64,000 nucleotides of DNA from Amoebophrya sp. A120 (lineage: Eukaryota > Protista > Dinoflagellata), in the NCBI GenBank assembly GCA_905178155.1, contig CAJINV010000020.1, positions 1,178,001-1,242,000 on the forward strand, read 5' to 3'. The notes below the pieces were generated by a model that saw only the letters and a program-made list of their open reading frames with translations, was not told the origin of the DNA and ran no database searches. The position numbers and the translations under genes were made by a program. This document shows, one piece after another, positions 33,250 to 45,152 of the stretch. Each line of letters begins with the position of its first letter. The first letter of the stretch is position 1.

Positions 33250-33789
33250 TCACTTACAGGAGCGAAAAAAGAAGAATGAAAAAACTGCAATTTCGCAGAC
33301 TCGACTCGAAGTAGATACCTGTCTCAACATTTTCGCTCTCCTTGGGCCGTAGACAATTTCCTTTTCCGCGTCCAGTTCCCTTTTTTCGACATACCTTTGG
33401 CACCGCAGCATCACCTCGGTGAGCGCGGGCCGCTCGGTCTTGGCGGTCGCCTGCGTCCGCACCGGCGGCCGGAGTGCCAGGTGGTACCTGCGGGTCATTT
33501 TTGCGTCGTCTAGCTGGCTGTCGGACAAAGCCCCCGCGTTTTCCAGCAGTTTCCTCTTCGCACCCCCGGATTTATCGCCGGGAAGGTCAAACATGCACTG
33601 GGCGACCAGACTGTTGTGCATCGTGTCCCGGAACTCTAGCCTGCCTTGCAGATCGATGCCGTCCAGGGTGTATCCGATCACGTCAGGGTATGCGAGGGGA
33701 GAAAAATCGAAATCACAATGTGAATCCATCTGCATAATTGTGTGGAGGAATAAGTACTGATGTCCAGCAGCATGGATATGAACAACCAT
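33250..33789 (-). CDS. Hypothetical protein exon
   Basis: GC-rich 179-aa ORF preceded by a CAG acceptor-like site; may belong to a neighbouring gene. Confidence 0.45.
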   Translation of the reverse strand: MVVHIHAAGHQYLFLHTIMQMDSHCDFDFSPLAYPDVIGYTLDGIDLQGRLEFRDTMHNSLVAQCMFDLPGDKSGGAKRKLLENAGALSDSQLDDAKMTRRYHLALRPPVRTQATAKTERPALTEVMLRCQRYVEKRELDAEKEIVYGPRRAKMLRQVSTSSRVCEIAVFSFFFFRSCK

Positions 33790-34279
33790 CTGATTTGTCG
33801 AAAATCAAAATATTCTTTCAAAATCATGCAAAACAAGCATGCTAGTAACATGATGCAGCAGACACGGATTTCTTTCCGAAATTCAGAATCAGTAGCTTAA
33901 TCCTGATGGTCCTCGCAAATTTTATCATGATTTCGATTTGCCATGCGATATCACATCGGATTTTTTCACTTCGACCCGGAAGTATTCGTCTATTTTCTCC
34001 ATGATCATGTGTTCCCCGTTGGATTGCACCAGATCGGTATCCAAATCGTTGTAGCGAAACTGCTTCTCGGTTCCTGATGTTTATAACGAATTGCATTTTC
34101 ATCCATGTCTGGAAGATTGCTCGATGTTGCCCACATGTGGTTCCTCGAGATCTCCATACTCCCGGTCGTTGATGTAGCGCAAGCGTTATCCACTACAGCA
34201 AATAATTTTAAATGAATCGTACGTATTATGGTGCAACATGTACATGAACATCCATCGGCAAGCTCACAGAAAAAATATC

Positions 34280-37200
34280 ATACCGAGCTGCAGCTGGCAG
34301 TAGTACATCGCGATGCCCGCGTCAAACGGCTGTATTGAGTGCGTCGCCTGTATGGCGTTCTCATGCGTTACACTCTCAACTGTTACATGAATTGTCATGC
34401 AAAATGGCCATGAGTCGCAAGACAATCAAGCTGCTTCGCATGACAAATTATCGAAGGGCTAGACAACTCCTAAATCCGTACCAAATTTGTGATGCAAGAC
34501 TTGCAAGCTTGCCCCTTTCCCTCTTGCTGTTTTTGCATAACAAATTCATGTAACAGTTGTGAATGTAACAGCTGAGAGCGCCATAGCCTGCGCCCAGACC
34601 TCGACCACACACACCTTGGTCTTGTCAACCTTGCGCCTTTCACGGCGCTTTTTCTGCATGTGCGCGAGCGCGAGGACGGAAATGCCCAGACCGCCGATCA
34701 CCATCTCCGCAAACCCGCCCATCGCACCGATTACCACCTCCAGGTCGTACTGCGTAAAGCGGTTGGTTTATCCTGAGTAAAAACTTCCCCAGCACCCCAA
34801 AGCTGTCATGCTAAGCTGCATGATCAGAATGCTTCGCATGCGGAGCCCCATTAGATGCATTCTCTAGTCTTGTTTTGCATTTTGTAATGCTCCAAGCAGC
34901 GCGATGGGCTAGATCTACTGTGATGCTGCTGAACAAGCGAAACAGAATCACACTACGGGCAAAACTTGTCATGCGCAACAACCAAAGCTGATGGATTTGT
35001 CCCCCCCATCTTGAGAAGTCTGGGGTGGGGACGGTTTTGTTTAGGATATGGTCACCAAAGTCGTGGACGCCTTCGCGAACGTGACCCGGAGGTGCAGTCC
35101 CTCGACGAACGGGGTTTCGGATTCCGTGGCCTCCGACCCCTTGGAGAGGCTGCTGTACTCCAGTTGCAACCCCGTGCGTATGACGTCCCACTCCGGCCCG
35201 GAGTCGCCGAAGGTGTAGATCGCCGGAACCGCCTTGAGATTCAGCGTGCTCGGGTCGATGCCCTTGAAGATCCGCCTGCTCGACGGCGTGAACGTGGTCA
35301 AAATCTTGGACAGCGTGTCCGGAGTGTACTCGTCGCTGCCTTGCACGTCCTTCGGCGGGATCGAACTTGTCGTGCTCACCTCCGCCACCAGCCCGGTGGC
35401 CTGCGCGTCCGGCTCGCCGAAGCTCAGATCGACGATGCGGTCGTCCCCCACGCCGAACTGGCAATCTTTACATACCCAGGTCATCTTGCAGTTGGTTGTA
35501 TGCAATACAAATTTCCCGTACATGTACAACATGCATCAAAATAAACTTCAGCAACTTAGAGCAGACCACTTGTCATGCCGAACAGGATTAAAGGGAAGCT
35601 TTGTGATGCAGAAACGGCATTTGCGCGTCGTGTACGGGAAATTTACTGTGGATAGGTTGTCGTGTTAGACACCTCCACCTCCTTTTCGCAGAACAGCGAC
35701 GTTGACCCACCGCCCCCGCAGAACGGGTTCGAAGCTGCCGCCGAGGGGTGGCAGGCGTAGGAGTTGTTGACATTGCTGTACACGCAAGCCTTGTTGTACC
35801 CGAGGGCGGTCGCGATGAGGTACATGGTAAACTTGTCCTCGATGTTCTTGTCCATCTTGTCGCCCGCTTCCTATCCTGTGCAAAAACGTCCCCGGCCCCC
35901 GAAAGTTGTCATGCACAGTGGCACACGCGTATAAGTAAATGCTAATGCTTCTCATGCGCAACCCCATGCAGAGCGTTCTCTGATGCTGCTTTGGGATTTA
36001 CCATGCCCAAACCAGGATAAGGTAGTACGTTTGTGATGCGGCTCTTGCAATAGCTAGCGCAAAACAGGACTACACTACGAGCCGCAGAAACTTGTCATGC
36101 GCAACAGCCAAAACTCGTGGATTTGTGTAGCAGATGCCTCATCGCATCTTGACTTTGCTGTGGGGACGCTTTTTCTAACCATACTTCCTCCAACATGCTC
36201 TGGGCTACGAAGGTGGGCACCACCTTTTTCTCCTCTCGCACGGGATCCAGGAAAAGCGCCAGAATCATCGCGCCACAGAGATACAGCAAAAGTAGCACCG
36301 CAACAATGGTCACAATCCCGCCGACAGCGGTGGGGTGGCTGTCCCCGTCCTTGTCCGCGAGAATTGTGGAAAAGAGAAAATCGAACTTTGTAAACCGGTG
36401 CCGCACCCAATCTCCGCCTTTCACGGCGTACGCGGCATAGAGAGAGATGAGAACGAGGAAGAAAATGACGCAACCGGTCGCAAGGACGAAGCTGAAATAA
36501 ATAAATGTTGAATCATGATCATGATCATGTTGGGATTTGCTACAATACTGCTTCCACCGCCGGCGTCAAATCAGTTTATCATATACGTTCAAGTAATACA
36601 ACATTCAGTCGAATGCGATTCCTCAGAGCAAACAGAACGTGATAGTGTAAGGGCAGTGCCAGGTGATGACAAAGTTTTATCGCAAATGAATCATAATGAA
36701 AGAGAAATTTAGTACTTTTGTATCTGTTCAAGCAATTCCTCCGCTGTGCTATACGCTTCCGGCGGAGTGACTGTCACCGGTGAGACGGCACACGTCGCAC
36801 CGCTGCCCGTGAAGGACGGGCGTGCCGGCATGGGTCCTAGGCCCGCACTGGGGTTGGAGGTGCTGCCGATCGGACACACTTGCGCACCATGGTCGCACGG
36901 CTTACAACTAGTTGCACCCACAGTGTCACTGTACGTGCCAGCGGGGCAACTCACGCACCCCAGAGCGGAAGCCAGCCCCAACGCAGCACTCGCCGTCCCG
37001 GCGGGGCAGGGGAGACACGTCACGCCATCAGCACTGTATTTGCCAGCCGCGCAAGCGGTGCACATGACGCGATTTGTTAACGCGTTCACCTTATGCACTG
37101 CAAAATCTAAAACATCGCAATAGAGCGGAGTAACAACTAGGCCAACTAACTCGGGATTCTAAGCGCGAAAGTTTTTCACTCGGGCGACCGAGACTGGTCG

Positions 37201-40200
37201 CCGCGCACGAGTTCCCTAGCCAGGTAACTCGTGGCGACCACTAGTTAGCAGGCAACTCGTGCTGGCAAGGGCCGACGATCGCGCAGTCTGTGACAGCCGG
37301 AATTCCCTATGAGGATGTGTGCTTTTGTGCATGCTATTTGTGCGCTTGGGGTCTTTTTTGAAAGTCGGCGGGGCAGCGTTTTCGCTTTCTTTGCAACGCA
37401 GGCGGTCTGCCTGTTTTGTCACGACGAGATATTCCCTGCCGTGAAGCTAACATTTACGAAGCGCAACAACTTTACACGCTTTCCGACTTCTGAAGCTAGT
37501 TTTTTAATGAAAGCACAAAAACTATGCACAAAACCGCACGAATTGCATATGTTGCCAGGACGTTTTCAAAACACACCTCTGACGGAAGTCGTCGGCCCCA
37601 GAGTCGCTATATAGAAAAACTTTCGCGCTTAGAATCCCGAGTTAGTCGTCCGGCCGCCCGGATTCGGCCGGCCGGGTGACTAACTCGGGGAGCCGAGTTA
37701 GTTGGCTTAGTTGTTACTCCGCTCATAGTATAAACTGCATCCAGCATGAAAAATTTTAAAAATTTTGTCATGCAGCTAAATTACCTAAGAGACCAGATTT
37801 GTGGTCATGTTGCTAGTCTGGCATTTATACGAGTGCGATGCTTTTGCAGTGCATACACCTGTCGCTCTGTCCCGGGCGAGCAGATGGTGGCGCTTTCCGT
37901 GACCGTGTTCACGTCAAAAGTGAACATGGCGTTGGTTGCCTGGCCGTCGACCTCGCCGCCAAAGAGAATAAACCTCCGATCGTGGTGCACGGCCTTCAGC
38001 TGCGTCATCTGGAACACCTTGCCGGCCCGGGAAAGTGGGTTTGCAAAGCAGAAGCCGTCCGATATGGGCTTCTCAATTGTTACACTCTCAACTGTTACAT
38101 GAATTCGCAATGCAAGAATGGCAACAGGGAAAGGCCGGGGCGTGCAACTCTTGCATTACAAATTCGGCACAGATTCCCATGCACATGCTGTTTAGCCTTC
38201 CAAAATTTGTCACGCGAAGTAGCTTCGCCGTGTGAGCTGGACGGTGATGCTCTTTTTGCGTGACAAATCACGCAAAAGCTGAGAATGTAACATTTGAGAA
38301 CGCCATATCCACGGTCGGGCACTTGCTCACCAAAGACGCGTTGACAGCCGCTCCCGTTTCCTGGTCTAGCTTCAGCTGCAGCACCTGGCTACTCTCCGAA
38401 ACGTACAAAGTGCTCCACATTTTTCCGCCGAAGAAGTACACGGAGTCTCCCACCGAAGCGTAGGCCATCTGCCCGCGGGGAATCTCGCTGTCCACGGAAA
38501 ACGTCGGCCACGAGTTTGTCGTCAGAGTAGGGAGATTTGTCGTCCCCGCCTCGAGGTGCTTCCTGTTCGAAATACCGCCCGTCGCTGTCGTGAGTTGGCG
38601 CACGCGGGGGCCGTGAAGGGCAATGTCGTTCTCGATATGTTCGAACAGGGCACGGCCATCGAGCCGGTTTATTTCCTCATACACAAACAACTGGGGGTCG
38701 GCTCGAAGATGCTGGTGATTGTCCTCCTCGTCGTCCGCGGCGGAGTTTGCGTCTGCTTCGCGAGCAGGACCACTTCCAGGTGATTCCTGCCTCATCATAG
38801 ATTGGCCAAACGAAACGAACCCTGCTCTTGGAGGCCCTGCTCGGCGGCGGAGAAACCGTGTCTCGCTTGCTGGAAAAGGAATTTCGTCAAGATTACCAGC
38901 ATCCCTCACCGGCACCGACAGGTCGTTGTAATCCTCGCCCTCTAGTACTCGCCAGGCAGCACCTTTTTTGGTGGACTTGGACGATTCAGAGGGCTCTGAT
39001 AACTCTTCCCGCTTAGTAGACAGCGTTCTTTTTCTACTTTCAAAAACTTCCCGCAAAGTAGAAGATCTTCGCTTCTTATTTCCCCTCTCTTCCAATCTCC
39101 TGCTCAGCACCACGGCCGCCAAGTTCGTGGCACTCAAGGACGAAGCATCGAAGACTTGCGCCAGCTTTGGCGAGCTTTGTCCGGTGGTCTCGCCCAGCAG
39201 AATTGCGATTTTGCCGTTGAGAAGCGTGTTGGACCCGGCTTGTAGCAGCGGCACCATCGCGCAATCTGAAATGGGCGTGCCCGTGGCGAGTTGCTCCCAC
39301 CGCCTTCCCCGGACGTAGAAGCGAAAGAGTTTATCGTTCGCCCCGGTAGACGTCACACCGCCGAAAATGTACACAAAACTCCCAATAGCGGCGCCGCACG
39401 CGCGGGCAAGGGGGATCGGGGTCGATCCCAAGGACACATACTTGTTGTAAATCGGATCGTACAGCCAGGCGTCGTCTAGGTAGGTTGCGTCACTTCCCCC
39501 GGAGTTTCCACAGCTGCTGGCCCCGGGAAGGTTTCGGCACCCGCCGTGTATAAACATCATGTACTCCCACCGAACGACAAGCGCATGCTGTCGAGCCGGT
39601 GGCGAGTTGCTGGCACGACCCAAGGAAGAGGGATTTACCTGTTTTATTTGTAGGAGTCTTCACAGGTTGTGACCACATTCACAACTAGCTCCAATGAAAG
39701 AGAAAGAATGAAAAACACGAAGAAAAATGAAAATCTAAAAACGCTCTAACCGGTTCCCAGGTAGTCGGCGCAGCTCCGCTCGACATGAGCGACATCCGCC
39801 ACATGTCGGCCAACTCCGCCCCCGCGTTTCCCAGTCCGCCGAACACGTAAAGGTAACCAACCAATGCCACGGCTCCGTGGTTCCTGCGCGGCGCGGGCGA
39901 CGCGACCTTGGTGTGCACCGTTTGCCAGCGACAGTATTTTGGTAAAACAGCCCAGTTCGTCGCGTTCGCGCTGTCGGCCTGCGCCGCCCGGCAGTCCGTG
40001 CCCCACACCGAGCCGATGTTATTCGTCAAGCTACTACTATTCTTGATCTCCAAGAACCTGACCGCGTTCGAAGACCCTAACGGGCTCCAATACGCTCCGC
40101 CGAGATACAGGCGGTCGTTGAAGGCGCTGACCGCCATCCCCGTCCAGCCATCCCCGGAGTACGAAGCGGCCAAAGCGGCGCGGAGTGTGTGATTACCCGA

Positions 40201-43200
40201 AGTCCAACTGGCGTCCTCATCCAGGAGCGAGACCCACTGGTAGCTTCCCTTGGTTGTCGCGGTGGAGGATAAAGTATCCGTCCGTTGCAGCGCCCAGGTG
40301 TCTTGAAAGGTCGCGCCCGATACGGACGAATACCCCATCGTCAAATACACGTAGTCACCGTATTTCACCATACCGGTCAAGTACCGTGCCGTCGGCTTCC
40401 CACCCGAGGTCGCTGCAAAGCCGGTTGCGCGGGCTAGCACGACCGGGTCCGCAGTGATGTTCACGTAGTACCGTCGTAGAAACGACGCAAACCCGGGCGT
40501 CATATCGATCATGAACCCCGAATCGTAATCCGCCACGGAATTGGGGTACGCGGTGCCGCCCCACGCGAATAGCGTTGTGGCGTCGTACTGCAGTAATTCC
40601 ATGTCCGCCCGCGGCTCGATCAGGGGGCCCCCGGCGAAAACGGGACCAGCCCAGGCCTCCGTCGTGGTATTGAACGTCCACCAGTCTGCAAATTGCACCG
40701 TGCGGCTGTGGCCGCCGTAGAGCACCAGCAAATTGTGGCTCGCCTCAGGGCTGGTGCCGGGTCCCTCGTACAGCGCAAGCGCGGGTCGATGCCGTGGACT
40801 CGGCTTTGCGGCAACACCCGTGTTCACCTCGATCCACAGCCCAAACGTGGTCGAGGCGAGGGAGAATTTCCACAAGTCGTCTAACTGCATCGCGTTTTCG
40901 TCCTGGCCGGCATACAGGTATAAAACGCTTCCCTTCGGGTCATACACCAACGCGCACCCCGTCCGTCCCTTCGGGGTTCTTGTGTCATCGGTACTGACGA
41001 GTCTTTCCCAAATATTCAGCCCGAGGTTCAACCGCCAGAGCTCGTCCGAGCCGCTACCCCCGAAGTAGTAAATGTACTCCCCGACGCGCGTGGAACAGGA
41101 GTAATACCGCGAATTCGGCGGGTTGGCGACGGCCGGGACCTGGAAAAAGTACCCGCATCCAAACGCCGCCTTAATCGCGTCCAACGATTGCAAGCTGCAC
41201 TGCCCGTTTTCCCAGAGGCAGTTTTTGTTGGCCACGCCGCCGCAGTTTGCTTGGCTTCGCGCCGCGCAGTCCTGGGCAGCGACCGTGGTCTGGGGTGGTT
41301 GGTTGATAAATATCTTCAGGGACTCGAAATTTTTCTTTTGCCACGATGGTAATGTGGTCTGTCCTCGCATTCATACACATTCATTCGTATCGGGAGCGGT
41401 TTGCAGCAGCGAATAAAACGAGAGAACATCCAAAAAGCTACACAAGCCTACTCTATTTCCAGCTTCCTCTACGTACCTATCAAGATATAAAACTCAAAAA
41501 ATACGTCCACGGCATCCATGCAGAATTCTGCGTTGGCGTCCCAGCGACAGGATATGACAGTGGCAGTGCACAACTCCCCCTCCCCCTCATTTGTATAGCA
41601 TGAACAGCAGTACAAACGCCGTCGACCCTGGACCTGGAGCTTGTGCATTACAAATTTGTACATGCAGCTTCTATAGTACTGTTTGGGCTTTCGAAATTTT
41701 TCATACAAACTAAGGTACAGGGAAGCGACACGACTGGATTTAGGGTTTTGCATGACAAATGAGGGGGAGGGGGAGTTGTGCACCCTCATACAGGACAAGC
41801 TCGCTTCACATGCTGCCTTCGTCCCTTATCGAGGAAAAAACAGAAACACCCATCCCCATCCAATTTGTCATGCAAAAAACGTATAAAATCCAGTACTTGT
41901 CATGCAAAAAATGGATTGGGATGGGTGTTTTTTCCTGGACATCCCTCGCTGGTTGCACATGGCGCACGGGGCGTAGGAGTAGGCCAGGCCCTGGGCGGTG
42001 GGGTAGAGACTTGCGAACATGGAGGTCTGACTGATCACCCCAATGTCGCAGGAACAGGGGTCCACGTAGCACCATTGCTTTTTGCAGTGCGGCTGCACCG
42101 CCGTGGGGTCTCCACCGCAGGTCGAGGGGTCGTCGTACCCGTAAAAATCGAACCCCAGCGTGTCCATGTGGTCCCAGGGGAGGCAGTAGGCCCCGTAGTC
42201 CCCGGGGAGAGACAAATTCCGCACGGTCCCGGCCGCCGACGTTCTCGTGTACGCGATTTGGTTGTTCGCGTCGAACGCCGCTGCGGGTAAGAACCCCACC
42301 TCCTTCGGACTCAGGCATTTGCACCGATCGTCGCCGCTCTTCGGAAACGGGCAGCCCCAGCCGCTTTCCCGCTGCTCCTGCGTCGCCAGGCTGCAGGTCG
42401 CTGATGCGGCGTCATACTGACAGTTCAGATTCATCTGCCCGCCGCACGTGTCCTCGGTTTTGGCGGCGCAGCTGATTGCGGCGGCAGACAAGGCCGGGTT
42501 GCTGTTTTGCTTCTCCGTACAATTGGAATTCACGGAGTCCCATTGACACTTGCTGTGTGTATCCGGACCGACGGGGAGTTGGCAGGTATTTGAAGAAATT
42601 CTGCGGTGGCACTGGGCGCAGGTTTTGTAACTGTACGCGAGGTTTACTGCGGTGTCCGGGAACTGGGTGGCAAACAGGCCAGTCTGCTCTGCGTCGTCCA
42701 TGGCACATTCGCAGGGATCCACATAACACCAATTGTCGTGGCACCACGCCGGATCGGTTGCGGGGTTGCCGTTGCATCCTGAATATACAACGTCCCCGAA
42801 ATGCGTGCTGCCCAGATCCCACTGGTCACACGAGGACCCGTAGGTTTGTTTTAGGGTGTACCTTGAATGAAGATATTGAAAGTGAGAGTCGTTCTCTTGT
42901 GACAGACGAATCTTTTTTGCGCTCCTGCACCGTCTTTGCACCAACTACACGACTACACGAAAGGATCAACAGTCAACATTACGCGCCTCAGCAGAGATGA
43001 AACCACGTCGAGTCAGTAGTACTACAGGAGATGAAAGCAACTTCTTGTTCTCACGTCGTTCCGCCGCTTGTATACGACAGCGTCCCGTTATCGGGCACGA
43101 CCTTCCCCAGCGCCACGGGGTCGATACAGGGACAAACCGGGGAACCGCCGGCTTGGAGCTGCGCCAAAACCCCCCGTCGGTAGGCCGGTGAGAAGAGGAG

Positions 43201-43399
43201 AAATGGCAAAAGAACGAAACGCCGGCAGTAGGCAAAGCATCTGCTTCTGCAGAGCCGGAGCATGGCTCTCGACTTTACGACCTGCAGACTCATCTCTCTG
43301 CAGGAACGCGACCAACAGCAAAATTGTAAAAGCCGTTTCGTCGCCGCTCGTCGGTAATAAACCACTACTGGGTAGTTCTGTGGCGCGCACGAGAAGCAA
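34280..43399 (-). CDS. Large multi-exon membrane protein with Cys-rich WCYVDPC repeats, kelch beta-propellers, TNFR/GCC2-GCC3-like Cys repeats and TM segments
   Basis: YG..C..WD...WCYVDPC.C twice; kelch motifs (IYYFGG, LYLYAG, LYVFGG, DDLWKF); CTACAAGKYS..CLPCPAGT..CPAGTYS; hydrophobic helices at ~36250-36480 and ~34670-34740. 3' end uncertain. Confidence 0.75.
34351..34585. mobile_element. Introner, family 1
   Basis: Long TIRs; TSD gcctg, which supplies CAG|GC splice sites on the minus strand. Confidence 0.88.
34769..35048. mobile_element. Introner
   Basis: tatcctgagtaaaaacttcccc / ggggacggttttgtttaggata; flanks tggtt/tggtc; interior related to 35872-36183. Confidence 0.75.
35499..35654. 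mobile_element. Introner
   Basis: aaatttcccgtaca / tgtacgggaaattt; TSD ggttg. Confidence 0.8.
35872..36183. mobile_element. Introner
   Basis: aaaaacgtcccc / ggggacgcttttt; TSD cttcc. Confidence 0.75.
37092..37855. mobile_element. Family-2-like introner carrying a nested MITE
   Basis: tatgcactgcaaaa / ttttgcagtgcata; TSD cacct (CAG|GT..AG|GT on the minus strand); frame restored (TERQV|NALTNR). Confidence 0.85.
37123..37724. mobile_element. Non-autonomous DNA transposon (MITE, ~600 bp) with 3-bp TSD ATA
   Basis: 32-bp TIR gagcggagtaacaactaggccaactaactcgg / ccgagttagttggcttagttgttactccgctc; inner IR 37147-37176 / 37615-37644; repeated TAACTCG subterminal motifs. Confidence 0.85.
38063..38307. 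mobile_element. Introner, family 1
   Basis: TIRs; flanks tccga/tccac. Confidence 0.8.
41311..41487. mobile_element. Degenerate introner-like intron
   Basis: tatctt...aagata ends, flanks ataaa/taaaa; separates in-frame exons; interior lacks strong TIRs. Confidence 0.45.
41553..41790. mobile_element. Introner, family 4 (GTGCACAACTCCCCCTCCCCCTCATTTG TIR)
   Basis: Perfect ~28-bp IR core; TSD cagga. Confidence 0.88.
41827..41941. mobile_element. Introner, CCCATCCCCATCCA family
   Basis: aaacacccatccccatcca / tggattgggatgggtgttt; TSD tccct. Confidence 0.85.
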
Positions 43400-44780
43400 T
43401 TCGTTATGAGGTGTCTAACGTCGGCTCGAGGTAATTCGAATTCCTCCTGCTCGCTGCGCTACCGCTACCCGGCTCGGCGCCGAAGCGGGACGAACTCGAA
43501 CCACGGGTTGTGTCCTCACCATGCAGTTTCTTCCCCCGTGGTTCCCCTGTGGTGGTCGTGTGGACGAGCCCGGGCGACGACTCTTCAGATTCGTCCGTCA
43601 TTTCGAGACCGTCACCGTTTAAACATAACCCGCGGAAGATCGCAATAGTGACGCGCGCGAAAAGATCACGACGCAGAAGACGACAAGAAGATCGACATCG
43701 ACGCCAGAACCGAGCTGATAATTTTCGAGAATACTTTTGTGCTGTGCCACCTTGATGCTCACGAACCAAAATAAGTACTGGACGCCACTTGGTGAAAAAA
43801 ATCGCAGGGCGTCGAAGGCAGGTACTCCACAATAAGTGGAGAGTGCTACTTTAACTTTTGCATCAAGGTCTGTACATAGTCGAAGTGCATTTCAAGTTCA
43901 AGCGTCGCAAAAGTGGTGCAGCAGCTGCCCAAGCCCTGAAGTTTCCTGTGTCTGCGGCCATCTGGTGACGAAGATAATTTTCGTCATATTTACATCAACA
44001 GTGCTTACGCGATAAGGCAGGCACCAAATAAGCTACGAGGTTGACCGACATTGATGACCGACAAACGTTGATAGCATTAGCACCAAGCCGACGCGCTAGT
44101 CTAGTGCGGCATCTTCTACCGACATTCTTTTCAGAAATCAGAATAACGCACAAGAACCTCACAACTTTGCATCAATTTTGCACTTTGGAATGACGTGTCG
44201 TGCTGTTGCTCTAGGACTAGGCGTGCTGCAGGAGGTGGCATTTCTTCATCAATTCTTCGAAAGTAGTAAAATGCGTTGTAGTGAGTCCAGACACAAATAA
44301 CGCATCCTCCATCCGTTCGTCCTGCTCAAGTCACAGCGTAGAGGTAGAATGAGTATGAGATCCATTCAACATCATCATCGCGCGCTGGCAGTGGCACTAC
44401 AAACATTTCTTTCAGTTGACCACAGCCGCATCTTTTCTCACGTATAGTAAGTGCCTTTTCGACGCCCTCACATTTCCACTGGGCGTCAGCTTGTCTTCTG
44501 TGCTGCAACAACAGATGGAAAAGTAGGATCACAAATCCAGTACTGAATCCTTTCGTCCTAGGCCCCACTCGTAGAAGGTGAAGTGGTCGGGATCCCGCTG
44601 CCATCGGATGAATCTGATTATTTTGGTTGAGATTGACGTTCATCATGAGAGCATTGGAGGACTTGGTGCACCGCGGCCGGGAAGAAGAACGATTCGGTAT
44701 GAGAAGCTGCAGGCAGCAGCAGCACGTAGTACTCTTGAGTTGATGCATCAAAGTTCTTGGCAATAACAGCAGAAAGCATA

Positions 44781-45152
44781 TTATCCAAAAAAGTAAAAGT
44801 ACGACAAAATCAAGTGCACTGCGATCCCCGTTGCGATAACCAGTTTGAGCTGAAAGGAAATCGCCGGCTTCCCCTTGAATTCGCACTCAAAGGCGTCTAC
44901 CTTATCGCGTGTCTCCTTGTAGTGACCGATATCTTTGATCAACTTGGACGCTTGCACAAAGGGCTCGAAACCCGCAATGTATTTCCGCTGGCTGATCGGC
45001 GGCGCGCCGGACGGCACATGATTTTTGCTCGAACTGCTCGCCGAGCTCGGCTTGGCTCGTTGGTGCAACATGTTGGCTTGATATGCGGAAACTGAAGACG
45101 CGCCACTCCAAGCCGAACGAGGATTCCCAATGCTTCCACCCGCGGCAGACAT
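44781..45152 (-). CDS. Hypothetical protein (first exon)
   Basis: ATG-initiated ORF with protein-like composition. Confidence 0.35.
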   Translation of the reverse strand: MSAAGGSIGNPRSAWSGASSVSAYQANMLHQRAKPSSASSSSKNHVPSGAPPISQRKYIAGFEPFVQASKLIKDIGHYKETRDKVDAFECEFKGKPAISFQLKLVIATGIAVHLILSYFYFFG

